From: an uncultured archaeon
GTDB lineage: Archaea; Asgardarchaeota; Thorarchaeia; Thorarchaeales; Thorarchaeaceae
Length of the DNA stretch: 32,000 bases
Direction: 5' to 3'
Assembly: GCA_964354495.1 (NCBI GenBank)
Contig: CAYHAA010000007.1
Span: 75,759 to 107,758, forward strand
Of this stretch, positions 17,476 to 27,133 are shown piece after piece. A model generated the notes under the pieces. It was not told the DNA's origin, did no database searches, and saw only the letters and a list, made by a program, of their open reading frames with translations. A program made the position numbers and the translations under genes. The stretch's first letter is position 1, and each line of letters opens with the position of its first letter.

Positions 17476-18881
17476 TCTCCTACTGGTCGTTCTCCGCTTC
17501 CCATGGCCTGAAATTCACTCCGTCCTGGTTTGACGAGTATCTTGCCATCGCCAAATACCTGCCTTCCCCGAACGAAGGTCATCTCCGGGCAGCCCTTCAT
17601 TGTCATTCCCTCATAGAGAGTCCATTCACACTTCGAGAACATCATCTCTGCAGTAATCTTCTCCTCTCTGTTGGGGTCGATGATGACGAAGTCTGCATCA
17701 GAGCCTATCCGCAATGTTCCTTTCTTTGGATAGAGACCAAAGATTCGTGCTGGATTTCGTGCTGCCACCCTGAGCAGTCTTGTGTACGAAAGCCTTCCCT
17801 TGTTGATTCCCTCTGAGAGCAGGACCCTGAGAATCATCTGAGTTCCATCGACTCCCGCCCAGGCCTCTCTGATATCATCCCTGCCCGCCTCTTTCTTCTC
17901 AATCGGGCAGGGCGCATGATCACTTACTGTGATGTCAATCATTCCTCGGAGCAGTGCTGACCAGAGTGCAGCTCTGTCCTCCTTTGTCCTCAGAGGTGGG
18001 TTCATCTTGCTTCTTGGACCCAGCCGGTTCATATCATCCCGGTAGAACACAAGGTGATGCGGACACACCTCTGTGGTCACCATGATGCCGCGCAGTTTTG
18101 CATTCTCAATCTCACTCAGACCCTCTCGCGTCGTGACGTGCGCTATATGCAGGTGGCCTCCTGTCTGTTCTGCAAGGGAGATATTTTGCCTTACAGCAAG
18201 CTGCTCAGCAAGATTGGGTCGTGCTAGTGAATGACTGATTGGAGCATCCCATTCACCATCCATGTCTTTCCTGAACTCATCAAGAACACCCTGGTCCTCA
18301 GAGTGTACTGTGAGATGTCCTCCATACTCTGAGACCTCACTCAAGGCCTTTGCGATTACTCCGGATCCTGCCTGATATGGTGCGCAGGTAAATGCCTTGA
18401 AGGCTGCAATTCCTTTCTCTAGGAGGGTTGGGATGATAGATACGTTGCCAGAGTTGATCATCCCTGCATAGAAGGTGAAATCGACTACTGAGTTTGCCTT
18501 GCCCTGCTGTATCTTCTCTTCGACCGACATGATAGAGTCAACTTGACTTGTCAGAGGCATGTCGATGACTGTCGTGACTCCCCCTCCTGCTGCAGCTCTG
18601 GAGCCTGATTGAAAGCTCTCGTGGGATAGCATAGCTGGGTCATGGATGTGTGCATGCCCATCTATCAATCCGGGCATCAGGATTCTTTCACGTGCGTCGA
18701 TTGTGACATCCCCCTCGGGGAGATGCTCATCAGTGGCGATGATGCAGATGGTTCCTCCTTTGACTCCTAGTCCTCCTCTTACAAGTCCAGACTCCATCAA
18801 TAGTTGCGCGTTTCGTACGACGAGGTCCACACTTCCTCTGCCAGTCTCTTTCCTGTGTTTTGATGTGAGTGAACTACTCAT
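17472..18881 (-). CDS. Cyclic amidohydrolase, allantoinase-like (allantoinase/dihydropyrimidinase/dihydroorotase family)
   Basis: IDGHAHIHDP, GGVTTVIDMPLTS (allantoinase-type DMPL), FKAF, HSE, HIAH, EVCPHHL, KMNPPLR and VSDHAPC. Start 18881 preferred to 18974 because it avoids overlapping moaD. Confidence 0.9.
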   Translation of the reverse strand: MSSSLTSKHRKETGRGSVDLVVRNAQLLMESGLVRGGLGVKGGTICIIATDEHLPEGDVTIDARERILMPGLIDGHAHIHDPAMLSHESFQSGSRAAAGGGVTTVIDMPLTSQVDSIMSVEEKIQQGKANSVVDFTFYAGMINSGNVSIIPTLLEKGIAAFKAFTCAPYQAGSGVIAKALSEVSEYGGHLTVHSEDQGVLDEFRKDMDGEWDAPISHSLARPNLAEQLAVRQNISLAEQTGGHLHIAHVTTREGLSEIENAKLRGIMVTTEVCPHHLVFYRDDMNRLGPRSKMNPPLRTKEDRAALWSALLRGMIDITVSDHAPCPIEKKEAGRDDIREAWAGVDGTQMILRVLLSEGINKGRLSYTRLLRVAARNPARIFGLYPKKGTLRIGSDADFVIIDPNREEKITAEMMFSKCEWTLYEGMTMKGCPEMTFVRGRQVFGDGKILVKPGRSEFQAMGSGERPVGE

Positions 18882-18882
18882 C

Positions 18883-19164
18883 TCATCCACCCCCAACAGG
18901 TGGGAACAGCGCCACTGCATCATTGTCTGAGAGTTTCGTTTCATAGCCATCAAGCAACTCAATCCGTCTACCATTCACCATGCAAGAATAGAACTGCTTC
19001 AGATTGCCGGTTCCCCTATCGAACACAGCGTCTGTGAACCTCTCTCCATAGACCACTTTCAAGCTATCAAGGAGGTCTCTAATAGTGTCTGCCTCCATCT
19101 CTCTACTCTTTGCCCCTGTCACTTCTCTGACAGTAGCGAAGAATTTCACAGTGACCTGAGCCAA
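18883..19164 (-). CDS. moaD: MoaD/ThiS-family ubiquitin-like sulfur carrier
   Basis: VKFFATVRE...MVNGR...VALFPPVGGG with the C-terminal GG; same operon as an AOR. Confidence 0.9.
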   Translation of the reverse strand: MAQVTVKFFATVREVTGAKSREMEADTIRDLLDSLKVVYGERFTDAVFDRGTGNLKQFYSCMVNGRRIELLDGYETKLSDNDAVALFPPVGGG

Positions 19165-19293
19165 GATTGTGCACCCAATGCGATAAGATGCCCAAAAGCG
19201 ATTAAAACAATTGCCTTATGCACAGAATCCGCTTTTCAGCGCATAAGTTAAAGGTACCATCCACATCGGACGACTCCTCTGAGTGCTCGGGTC

Positions 19294-20202
19294 GTGACAA
19301 GTCCATTGGAAATCGTTGTTGCAGGTCATCTTAGCAGAGACCTCATCGTAACACCTAGTGCTACCAAGGAGGCACTTGGTGGAAGCACTGCCTATGCCAT
19401 GCTCGCCCCATCTATTGGTGCCTTCGGGGCTGGGATCGTCACAAAGGTGGGAACTGACTTCGAGCAGAGCTATCGTGAGACCCTGCGTTCCTCAGGTCTC
19501 GATCTCTCTGGATTACTTACTGAGGGACCAAAATCGACACGGTTCGTGAACAAGTATGACACTTCTGGAGCTCGTGTTCAATACGTTGAGGCACTGGCTC
19601 CACCGATCAGGCTAAGAGACTTCACCGATGACCATCTAGAGGCTAATATCATCCACTTCTCTCCGCTCACGGCTGAGGAGATCAGCACTGAGTGTATTAG
19701 ACAGGCCCGCTCAAGCGCCGCCCTCACGTCTCTCGATGTTCAGGGCTTCACTCGGTCAATCGATCGTAGTGGGATGGTCACTCCCAAGAATTGGACAGAG
19801 CGAGATGAGATCATAGAACTGGTGGACGTCGTGAAGTTACATGTGAGTGAGTTGTTCACCATTGTCAAGGCCGAATCTGAGTTGTCCGCGGCCAGTCAGA
19901 TACTCAGTCTTGGCCCGAGAATAGTCCTAGTGACTCGTGATCGACGAGGTTCTGTCATCTACACTCGAAACTCGCAGGTGAAGATCCCATTAGTGCTTGC
20001 AAGGGTCCAAACGGACACGACTGGTTGCGGCGACACCTACACGATTGGTTTCCTGCTTGAGTACATGCGGTCAGGCGATGTCCGACGCGCAGGCCTGTTC
20101 GCGGCGACTTGTGCGTCCTTCAACGTTGAGTCTGTCGGACCCTATGATATGCCCACGCGGTCGATGGTCGAGTCCCGTATGCGGGCGTATATTCAGGCGT
20201 AG
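19294..20202 (+). CDS. PfkB family carbohydrate/nucleoside kinase
   Basis: GHLSRD, LGGSTAY, TKVGTD, LDVQG, VTRDRRGS and DTTGCGDTY. Confidence 0.9.
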   Translation: MTSPLEIVVAGHLSRDLIVTPSATKEALGGSTAYAMLAPSIGAFGAGIVTKVGTDFEQSYRETLRSSGLDLSGLLTEGPKSTRFVNKYDTSGARVQYVEALAPPIRLRDFTDDHLEANIIHFSPLTAEEISTECIRQARSSAALTSLDVQGFTRSIDRSGMVTPKNWTERDEIIELVDVVKLHVSELFTIVKAESELSAASQILSLGPRIVLVTRDRRGSVIYTRNSQVKIPLVLARVQTDTTGCGDTYTIGFLLEYMRSGDVRRAGLFAATCASFNVESVGPYDMPTRSMVESRMRAYIQA

Positions 20203-20252
20203 ACGGAAGCTTTTTTCATGATGTGCCCCATCATCGGGCCGAGGAAAGTCGA

Positions 20253-21437
20253 ATGTACGATGACCTAGACCCACTCATGGAGAAGTATGGGATTGACGCA
20301 CTGCTGACGAGCGGTAGTGCCTTTGACAATCCCAGTATGTATTGGCTGACAGGATTTCTCTCCACTGACGAGATAATCTATCTTAAGAATCTCGGAGACA
20401 AACCTCTCGTAGCAGATTCATTTCTCGCACTTGAACGGGTCAAAAAGCAGAGCTTCATCCCTCGCACACATGACGTCACCGATGTTGTTCTGAAGCTACT
20501 TCATGAGAACAAGAAGGTCGATGACAACATGGACCAGATCTATGGCTCCCTCTTGAGAGCTCAGTTCTCGGGAAAGATTCTTGGTGTTCCTGATGAGTTT
20601 CCTGCAAGTCTGCTTCTGATGCTTCAGAAGATGGGGTACACAGTCAAGGTGGTTCGCGACCTCATTCTTGAGGCACGGGCCAGAAAGTCGGCGAAAGAGA
20701 TTAAGACCATCAAGAAGGCTGGTGATGCGACGACTGGCGCTATCATGCAGGTCGTAGAGATGGTGAAGAACAGCACTATCGGCGCAAACAAGGTGCTGAT
20801 GCACAAGGGGAAACCCCTGACTGTGGGAACGATCAAACTGGCCCTGGAACACTTTCTGCTTGACAAAGGGGCAGAGTCCTCTGAGGATGCCATTGTTGCA
20901 GTTGGAAGCAAGGCCTTTGACTGGCACTACCTTGGCGTACAAGGTGACAGGCTCAAGAGCGGAGCTCCTGTCATCATGGATGTGTTTCCAAGATTGAAAC
21001 TGGAACGATACGTTGCGGACGTGACTCGCACTGTTGTGAGAGGACCTGTTCCAAAGCGCGTGCAGGAGATGTTCGATGCTGTTGCTGCTGCTGCAGGAGC
21101 ATCCGTGGATGCTCTGACTGACGGTACCCTCATCGATAAGGTGAACCTCGCCTGTGTCAACACCCTGAAACAACATGGGTTTGACTCCCGTCGGCTCAAT
21201 CCAGATGCGAAGGACGGCATGACGCATGGGCTCGGGCATGGTATAGGCCTTGAGGTGCATGAATTGCCCAGCATGTACAGCCGTGAGGAACCATTCCTTG
21301 AGGGACACGTCATGGCCATTGAACCTGGTGTCTATCTGAAATCCGTTGGTGGTGTACGTATCGAGAACGACTATGCGGTCACCAAAGGGAGAGCTAGAAG
21401 ACTCACCACTGGCATCGATGATATCCTCTTTGTCTGA
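20253..21437 (+). CDS. M24 family Xaa-Pro aminopeptidase/prolidase
   Basis: Intact metal ligands: IMDVF, YVADVTRT, HGLGHGIGLEVHE, IEPG and RIEND. ATG 20253 preferred to GTG 20223. Confidence 0.93.
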   Translation: MYDDLDPLMEKYGIDALLTSGSAFDNPSMYWLTGFLSTDEIIYLKNLGDKPLVADSFLALERVKKQSFIPRTHDVTDVVLKLLHENKKVDDNMDQIYGSLLRAQFSGKILGVPDEFPASLLLMLQKMGYTVKVVRDLILEARARKSAKEIKTIKKAGDATTGAIMQVVEMVKNSTIGANKVLMHKGKPLTVGTIKLALEHFLLDKGAESSEDAIVAVGSKAFDWHYLGVQGDRLKSGAPVIMDVFPRLKLERYVADVTRTVVRGPVPKRVQEMFDAVAAAAGASVDALTDGTLIDKVNLACVNTLKQHGFDSRRLNPDAKDGMTHGLGHGIGLEVHELPSMYSREEPFLEGHVMAIEPGVYLKSVGGVRIENDYAVTKGRARRLTTGIDDILFV

Positions 21438-21509
21438 GGACTGTAATGATCTGATGCATCAAGTCCGCTCAGACAACTGCTTGCGCTTTCAGAGGCAATC
21501 GGGAAATGC

Positions 21510-22601
21510 TCAATAGCTAAGAGCATAGTATGGGCACACAGAAATACACATTCCACAGGCCTCACACTTGTCAGCGTCTATTGCAAAGAGGTTCTCTGAT
21601 TTCTTCACTGTGATTGCTCCATAGACACAGGACTTCTCACATAGACCGCACCGTGTACACTTGTCCAGGTCTACTGTGGGTGGTGGCTCCAGAGAAACCC
21701 CCTGTTTCAAGTGCTTAAGCGCCATTCCCTGGACATCCTGTATGGAAGAGTAACCATGTCTGTCCAGCCACTCCTCAACCTGTCCTGCTATCTTTCCGTA
21801 TACCGTATGCCCCTCAAGGATCGCGGCTGTACACACCTGAACTGCTGATGCTCCTGCCATGAAGAACTCGATGACATCTTCGCCTGACATCACACCGCCC
21901 ACTCCAATTATTGGGAGTCTGATGGCATGCGCTATATCCGCAACACATCTCAGTGCTATGGGTTTCAGGGCGGACCCGCTCATCCATCCGTAACCGTCAC
22001 TGCTCCCAAGCATAGGTCTTCCTGACTCCAAGTCTATCCTGAGACACGGGCCAAAGGTATTGATTGCAGCTATAGCGTCAACGTAAGGCTCCAGTGCTCG
22101 CGCCACCTCTGCTACATCCACCTTCGGGCTCAGCTTTGCAATGATGGGGATGTCCACGGCATCTCTCAGTGCCTTCGCGATCTCAACATGGCCTCCGACA
22201 TAGTGTGTGCTGAACTCAATCGCCTTCACACCCGCCTTCTCTAGTTTTGGAGCAATAGTGCTGACGTCCTCCGGAGTGTACCCAACACTGGCAATCAGCG
22301 GCAGTCCAGAGCTCAATGCTATCGGATACTCTCTTTCGAGCCAAGTCTTGAGGGGAAGTTCACTCCAGAGTTCTGCATTGAGTATCCCCATTCTTGATCC
22401 CACTCTTCCCTCCTTGAGAGCAGCCATATTCGGCCTTGGGACATCTGCAGGCTTGATGCTCACAGTTTTAGATACAAGCCCACCAGCTCCACCTGCAGCT
22501 GCATTGAGGAGAGTCATGCCATCTCTCGAGGCAGGTCCAGCTGCAGTGAAAATCGGGTTCCTAAATCTGAGTCCAAGCAACTCAACACTGATGTCTGCCA
22601 T
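21510..22601 (-). CDS. Dihydropyrimidine dehydrogenase PreA / class 1 DHOD-like FMN protein with C-terminal 2x[4Fe-4S], non-canonical active site
   Basis: NPIFTAAGP, LVSKT, AKLSP, AINT, SGSALKPIAL, IGVGGV and VQVCTA; C-terminal CTRCGLCEKSC and CEACGMCISVCP. The active-site loop reads EFSTHY. Confidence 0.88.
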   Translation of the reverse strand: MADISVELLGLRFRNPIFTAAGPASRDGMTLLNAAAGGAGGLVSKTVSIKPADVPRPNMAALKEGRVGSRMGILNAELWSELPLKTWLEREYPIALSSGLPLIASVGYTPEDVSTIAPKLEKAGVKAIEFSTHYVGGHVEIAKALRDAVDIPIIAKLSPKVDVAEVARALEPYVDAIAAINTFGPCLRIDLESGRPMLGSSDGYGWMSGSALKPIALRCVADIAHAIRLPIIGVGGVMSGEDVIEFFMAGASAVQVCTAAILEGHTVYGKIAGQVEEWLDRHGYSSIQDVQGMALKHLKQGVSLEPPPTVDLDKCTRCGLCEKSCVYGAITVKKSENLFAIDADKCEACGMCISVCPYYALSY

Positions 22602-22663
22602 AGAGGTGACCTACAGCTCTATCGAATTAAACCATTCCCCCTAAGAGACAGCAGGGAGGTACT

Positions 22664-24592
22664 CTAGCGTGTCATTCCCTTGGGCTTGAGATAGTCAATA
22701 ACGAAGTTCAGCTCCAGCTCCTTGAGCTTTAACTCCTTGGGGTACCCGGTCTCTCTGTCGCAGCCACGGTACTCGTAGTACTCATCAAGCATCTCGTCAA
22801 GGTCTGGAAGTCCACCCTTTGCAGGTCCGGTTGGCATCGGCTCATGCAGCAACCTCGGAGGCAGTGTCTCGTCTTTCCGCGTGATTCCAAGCCTGTGATT
22901 GAAGGCTCGTCTGAGGTGGCTTATCCTCTCCGCCGTCTGCCGCACGTACTTCAGGTCTGACCACTCCTTCATGCCAGTCAGGGACGGAATAACATTGACG
23001 AACGTGTCATAATAGAACACTGGAGGCCACATTGTTGAGTACTTGCAGATCACTGCAGAATCGACCAAGGCATACAGGTCCTCCATGTCCCACACAACCT
23101 GACCCTTGTACTTTGGTGACATAATGTCTAGGATTGCATCCGCCTTCTCTTCGCCAAACCGTTGGATGACGATATTTGGATATCCCAGTTCTTCCAAGCT
23201 TGACAGGCTTCTGAGGTGGTCTGCTCCGCGCACGTTCGTGGCATATGTCAGACCAACGCTCTGATGTGCCCGTGGATCCTGTCCCGATGCCTCGAGCCCT
23301 TTCACATGGACTGCATACTTCCAGGCATCACCACCTATCTGCTCGGCTGCCTTTCTGACCCCGTTTGCGAGAATATTGCCAATGCCCTGCCTCTTAGCAA
23401 TCATCTCGACAAGCTTGACCTGCGCCTCCTTGTTGCCCCAGGTCAGGTCAATACCTCCCGTGTCCTTCTCCGTCAGGATGCCCCTCTCAAAGAGTTCCAT
23501 CGCAAATCCGATTGTCTTGCCGCATGATATGGTATCCAGACCGAGCAAGTCACACCTCTTGCCCAGATGGAAGATGGACTCAATATCGTTATTCAGACAG
23601 TTGGAACCAAAGGCCATGATTGTTTCGTACTCAGGGCCACCAACAGGATCTGTAGCATAGTCGCCGTCCTTCACTCGGAGGATGTATTTGCACCCAACAG
23701 CACATCCATGGCATGCCTCCTGTGCGATCCTGTATTTCTCCGCAATGATCTCAGGACCAATATCACCAGCCTGTTCATAAAAGCCGGTCCAGTGGTTCTT
23801 TGTGGGCAGTCTTCCAATCTCATTGATGACTGCCACAAGGCCTGTCGTCCCATACTTTCTGAGTGAGGCAAGTGACTCTTTCCACAGAGGGTCGTTGAGC
23901 TTCGCCATCTCGTGTGCACTGGCCTCGAGGAACTTGTCCATGTCATACGCCTCCAGGCCGATGGCTCCAGAGGCTGCTATGCCCTTCAGATTCTTAGACC
24001 CCATCACCGCTCCAAGACCTGCTCGTCCCGCTGCACGGTAGAAGTCCACAGTGATGGAACCATAGAGTACGCCATTCTCTCCCGCAGGCCCAATGACCGC
24101 GGTCTCAATCGAGGGGTCCTTATGCTCCTCACGGATCATCACTGTTGTAATATTGGTTTCCTGCCCCCAGATGTGCGAGGCGTCTCTGAGCTCTGCATGT
24201 CCGTCCCTCATGAAGAGATAGACGGGCTTCTTGGAACGTCCATTGAAGATGACGAAGTCGAATCCCGCGTACTTCATCTCGGGACCCATGAATCCGCCGA
24301 CATGAGATTCCGCCCAGACACCTGTTAGGGGACCTCTTGCTGCGAACATCATTCGTCCCGATGGTGAGAACAATGCCCCAGTGAGAGGCCCTGTCCCTGC
24401 AATCAGTATGTTCTGAGGCGACAACGGATCTGTCTTGGCATTCGTTCTCTCCCAGAGTATCTTCGAGGAGACCCCGCTACCTCCGAGGAAAAGCCTCGCC
24501 CACTCCTTCTCCATGTCTTTCACATGGACTATACCCTTTGTGAGGTCGACATCCAGGTATTTCCCTGCATAGCCCTTGTATGGAAATGTCAC
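22664..24592 (-). CDS. aor: Aldehyde:ferredoxin oxidoreductase family (W/Mo-pterin) enzyme, paralog 2
   Basis: GPEMKYAGFD, GRAGLGAVMGSKNLKG, CHGCAVGC, PEYET, LGLDTISCG, RGADHL and VICKY. True start is GTG 24592, overlapping the upstream TGA; the track's 24709 start is over-extended. Confidence 0.95.
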   Translation of the reverse strand: MTFPYKGYAGKYLDVDLTKGIVHVKDMEKEWARLFLGGSGVSSKILWERTNAKTDPLSPQNILIAGTGPLTGALFSPSGRMMFAARGPLTGVWAESHVGGFMGPEMKYAGFDFVIFNGRSKKPVYLFMRDGHAELRDASHIWGQETNITTVMIREEHKDPSIETAVIGPAGENGVLYGSITVDFYRAAGRAGLGAVMGSKNLKGIAASGAIGLEAYDMDKFLEASAHEMAKLNDPLWKESLASLRKYGTTGLVAVINEIGRLPTKNHWTGFYEQAGDIGPEIIAEKYRIAQEACHGCAVGCKYILRVKDGDYATDPVGGPEYETIMAFGSNCLNNDIESIFHLGKRCDLLGLDTISCGKTIGFAMELFERGILTEKDTGGIDLTWGNKEAQVKLVEMIAKRQGIGNILANGVRKAAEQIGGDAWKYAVHVKGLEASGQDPRAHQSVGLTYATNVRGADHLRSLSSLEELGYPNIVIQRFGEEKADAILDIMSPKYKGQVVWDMEDLYALVDSAVICKYSTMWPPVFYYDTFVNVIPSLTGMKEWSDLKYVRQTAERISHLRRAFNHRLGITRKDETLPPRLLHEPMPTGPAKGGLPDLDEMLDEYYEYRGCDRETGYPKELKLKELELNFVIDYLKPKGMTR

Positions 24593-25080
24593 TCTTGACC
24601 CCCCTCTACCTGGATTCCCAGCGTTCGAAATGCTGGCACGACCCCTCTCCTGCGTTGATCGAACCCTCCTGCATCTGATGTGCCTAGACTGATTGCGGCG
24701 TATTGGCATGCCTTGGCGCAGGCTGGATCTCCCCTACACAGGTCACACTTCACGGCCTTTCTAGTTACGGGGTCGATAGCAATTCCACCGTATACGCATG
24801 CTGTCACGCAGTTCATGCAGCCAATGCATTTCTCACTCTCAACGTATAGGATTCCCTGCTTGTTCTCCACGATCGCACCATTCGGGCACGCCTCCTGGCA
24901 GAGCGGTCGTTCGCACTGCAGGCAAACCATGGGTACAACGAGATTTCTGACCTCTTCCTTCAGAATCTGAATCATCGACCTCTTCGGGTTAAAAGAGCGC
25001 GTATGGGCAATAGAGCATGCAAGCTCACAGCTGCGACATCCTGTGCACAGTTTCAGGTCAATGGTGAGTATCTCTCTCAC
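24589..25080 (-). CDS. Polyferredoxin (4x[4Fe-4S]) partner subunit of AOR paralog 2
   Basis: CTGCRSCELAC, CLQCERPLCQEACP, CIGCMNCVTAC and CDLCRGDPACAKAC. Confidence 0.93.
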   Translation of the reverse strand: MREILTIDLKLCTGCRSCELACSIAHTRSFNPKRSMIQILKEEVRNLVVPMVCLQCERPLCQEACPNGAIVENKQGILYVESEKCIGCMNCVTACVYGGIAIDPVTRKAVKCDLCRGDPACAKACQYAAISLGTSDAGGFDQRRRGVVPAFRTLGIQVEGGQE

Positions 25081-25253
25081 AGGGTGTTCTCTCCTGTATT
25101 CAGTAAGCCTCTACGCAGATGTATGGTCGGCTCTTAAGTTGTTCCTCTTGGTCATATACATCATACAAAGATATTAGTGGTTCAATCAGTTATCCCAGTC
25201 TGCGCCCAATCGATTTGGGGCATATAGTGCTGACCATCAAAGCCTGTAGATGC

Positions 25254-27062
25254 ATGGCCATGAAACAAAGACGCCGGCGAGAGCCGCTCCCGGACAGAAC
25301 ACGATTCCACGAAGTAGCAGATACGATGCTGATTCCGGTAGTAGAGATCGACCTAGATTTCATGCTGACCTATGCAAATCCTTCTGCGGCAAAACTACTG
25401 AACCTGGATGATTCTAGGATGGCTGCGGGAGTTCATATGGATTCCCTAGTCATCCCAGAGCAACACGCTCTGGTGCATGAAGGACTGAACCAGCTCCGCG
25501 AGGGTGCAACACCCACATCAATCTCACTTCGTGTAGTCACTACTAGTGGTGTGGCTGTTCCATCACAAGGCTACGCTGAAGTGATCAAGGCCGATGGAAA
25601 GGTCAAAGGCTATGTTGCTTATGTTGTTGATTTGACTCGTAGGGAGGCCGTTGAAGAGAAGGCACTCTCACAAAAAGAGATACTGGAGTTCATTGTGGAC
25701 TACAATAGTCTTAGCGGGACAATCATAGTCGGCGATAATTACAGATTCAAATACGTGAACGACAAGCTCTGCGATATCCTTGGAAGGCTTAGGAGCGAGG
25801 TCGTAGGCCATGACTTTCGTGAATTTCTTCACCCCGATAGTCTTGAACTAGTTTCAGAGCGATACATAAAACGCCGGCGGGGAGAGGAAGTCCCCTCTAT
25901 CTATGAGTTCAAGGTGGTACGCAAGGATGGATCATTGCGTGACATCCGCATGGCTGTTGGAGCCATAAGAGGCAGAGACGGTAAGGTTAGAACAGTCGCA
26001 CAGCTCCTCGATATTACTGAGGAACTGAAGAGTGCTCATGCGCTCGAAGAGTCAGAATATCGCTATCGGTCGCTCGTGGAGACAATGGACTCGGGGTTGA
26101 GTGTCGATGATGGCGATGGCATGATGGTTCTGGTCAATAACGCACTGTGCCGTATGCTCGGATATGACTCACCCGATGAACTAGTCGGGCGTCCCATAAC
26201 AGAGATTCTGCACGGCTGGACTGAGAACAACGTGCACGAAAAAGTCCAGGCACGAAAAGAGGGAAAGTTGGAGCACTATGAGGCTCAGCTCATTCACAAG
26301 AAGGGTGGCCTTGTTCCCGTCATGGTCTCAGCATCACCAGTACTGAACCGAGATGGCATATATGCTGGAAGTATGGCCGTATTCACTGATATCTCCGATC
26401 TGAAGAAAGTCGAGGCTGAGGTGCATTTCCTGCTAGACCTGCTTCTCCACGATGTTGGCAATCAGCTGCAGCTCATTGTTGCGGGGAGCGATTTCTTGGA
26501 TGTCGATTCCAAGCCTGACCAGATAGTCCGCTCAAAGAGATATATCATGGATGGAGCCCTTCGTTGCCTTGAACTCATTCAAAAGGTGCGTCGCGCTGAG
26601 GAATCAAAGTCGGAGCCTCTCATACCTGTGCGTCTTCGTCCAGTAGTAGAGGCTGAGGCTGAACTTCTCTTCAAGCAACGTGGCGTCCGAGCCGACCTCA
26701 GTGGATTCAAGGGTGATGTTGTAGTCTTTGCAGACCAAGCACTAAGTCAGCTCATATGGAATATCTTGGAGAACGCAGTTATTCATAATCCGAAGGTAGA
26801 ATCAGACAAGACCGTCAGTGTTTCAGGGAAGTCATCTGGGAAGACCTACACGCTCACCATTGCTGACAATGGTCCTGGAATTCCAGATGCAAAGAAGATT
26901 GATTTCTTCGACCCAACTCGCAGGTACGGAGGCGTTGGGCTTCATCTTGTCCGACGTCTCGCGGAGAAATACGGTGGTGCCTATCCGACGCTGTCCGACC
27001 GTGTAAAGGGACATCCTGAAGAGGGTCTCTCTATAGACCTTAAGTTTGAGCTGGTGAAGTAG
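25254..27062 (+). CDS. PAS-domain (x3) sensor histidine kinase, cytoplasmic
   Basis: PAS starts YANPSA, YVNDKL and LVNNAL; H box LLHDVGNQL, N box ILENAVIH, DNGPGI and GGVGL; no TM segment. ATG 25254 or 25260 preferred. Confidence 0.92.
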   Translation: MAMKQRRRREPLPDRTRFHEVADTMLIPVVEIDLDFMLTYANPSAAKLLNLDDSRMAAGVHMDSLVIPEQHALVHEGLNQLREGATPTSISLRVVTTSGVAVPSQGYAEVIKADGKVKGYVAYVVDLTRREAVEEKALSQKEILEFIVDYNSLSGTIIVGDNYRFKYVNDKLCDILGRLRSEVVGHDFREFLHPDSLELVSERYIKRRRGEEVPSIYEFKVVRKDGSLRDIRMAVGAIRGRDGKVRTVAQLLDITEELKSAHALEESEYRYRSLVETMDSGLSVDDGDGMMVLVNNALCRMLGYDSPDELVGRPITEILHGWTENNVHEKVQARKEGKLEHYEAQLIHKKGGLVPVMVSASPVLNRDGIYAGSMAVFTDISDLKKVEAEVHFLLDLLLHDVGNQLQLIVAGSDFLDVDSKPDQIVRSKRYIMDGALRCLELIQKVRRAEESKSEPLIPVRLRPVVEAEAELLFKQRGVRADLSGFKGDVVVFADQALSQLIWNILENAVIHNPKVESDKTVSVSGKSSGKTYTLTIADNGPGIPDAKKIDFFDPTRRYGGVGLHLVRRLAEKYGGAYPTLSDRVKGHPEEGLSIDLKFELVK

Positions 27063-27133
27063 GAGCCAGCGGCACCACAATCATTATGTTACTCTAGAGG
27101 CAGATGTTTCTCTACACTGGAGATATTCTGCTG

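Noticed and set aside
20496-21319. Long minus-strand ORFs of 270 and 130 aa
   Set aside because: Antisense shadows of the M24 peptidase.
24593-24709. N-terminal extension of AOR2, and likewise the 18882-18974 and 25119-25253 extensions
   Set aside because: They overlap upstream genes or promoter DNA and are non-homologous; downstream starts fit better.
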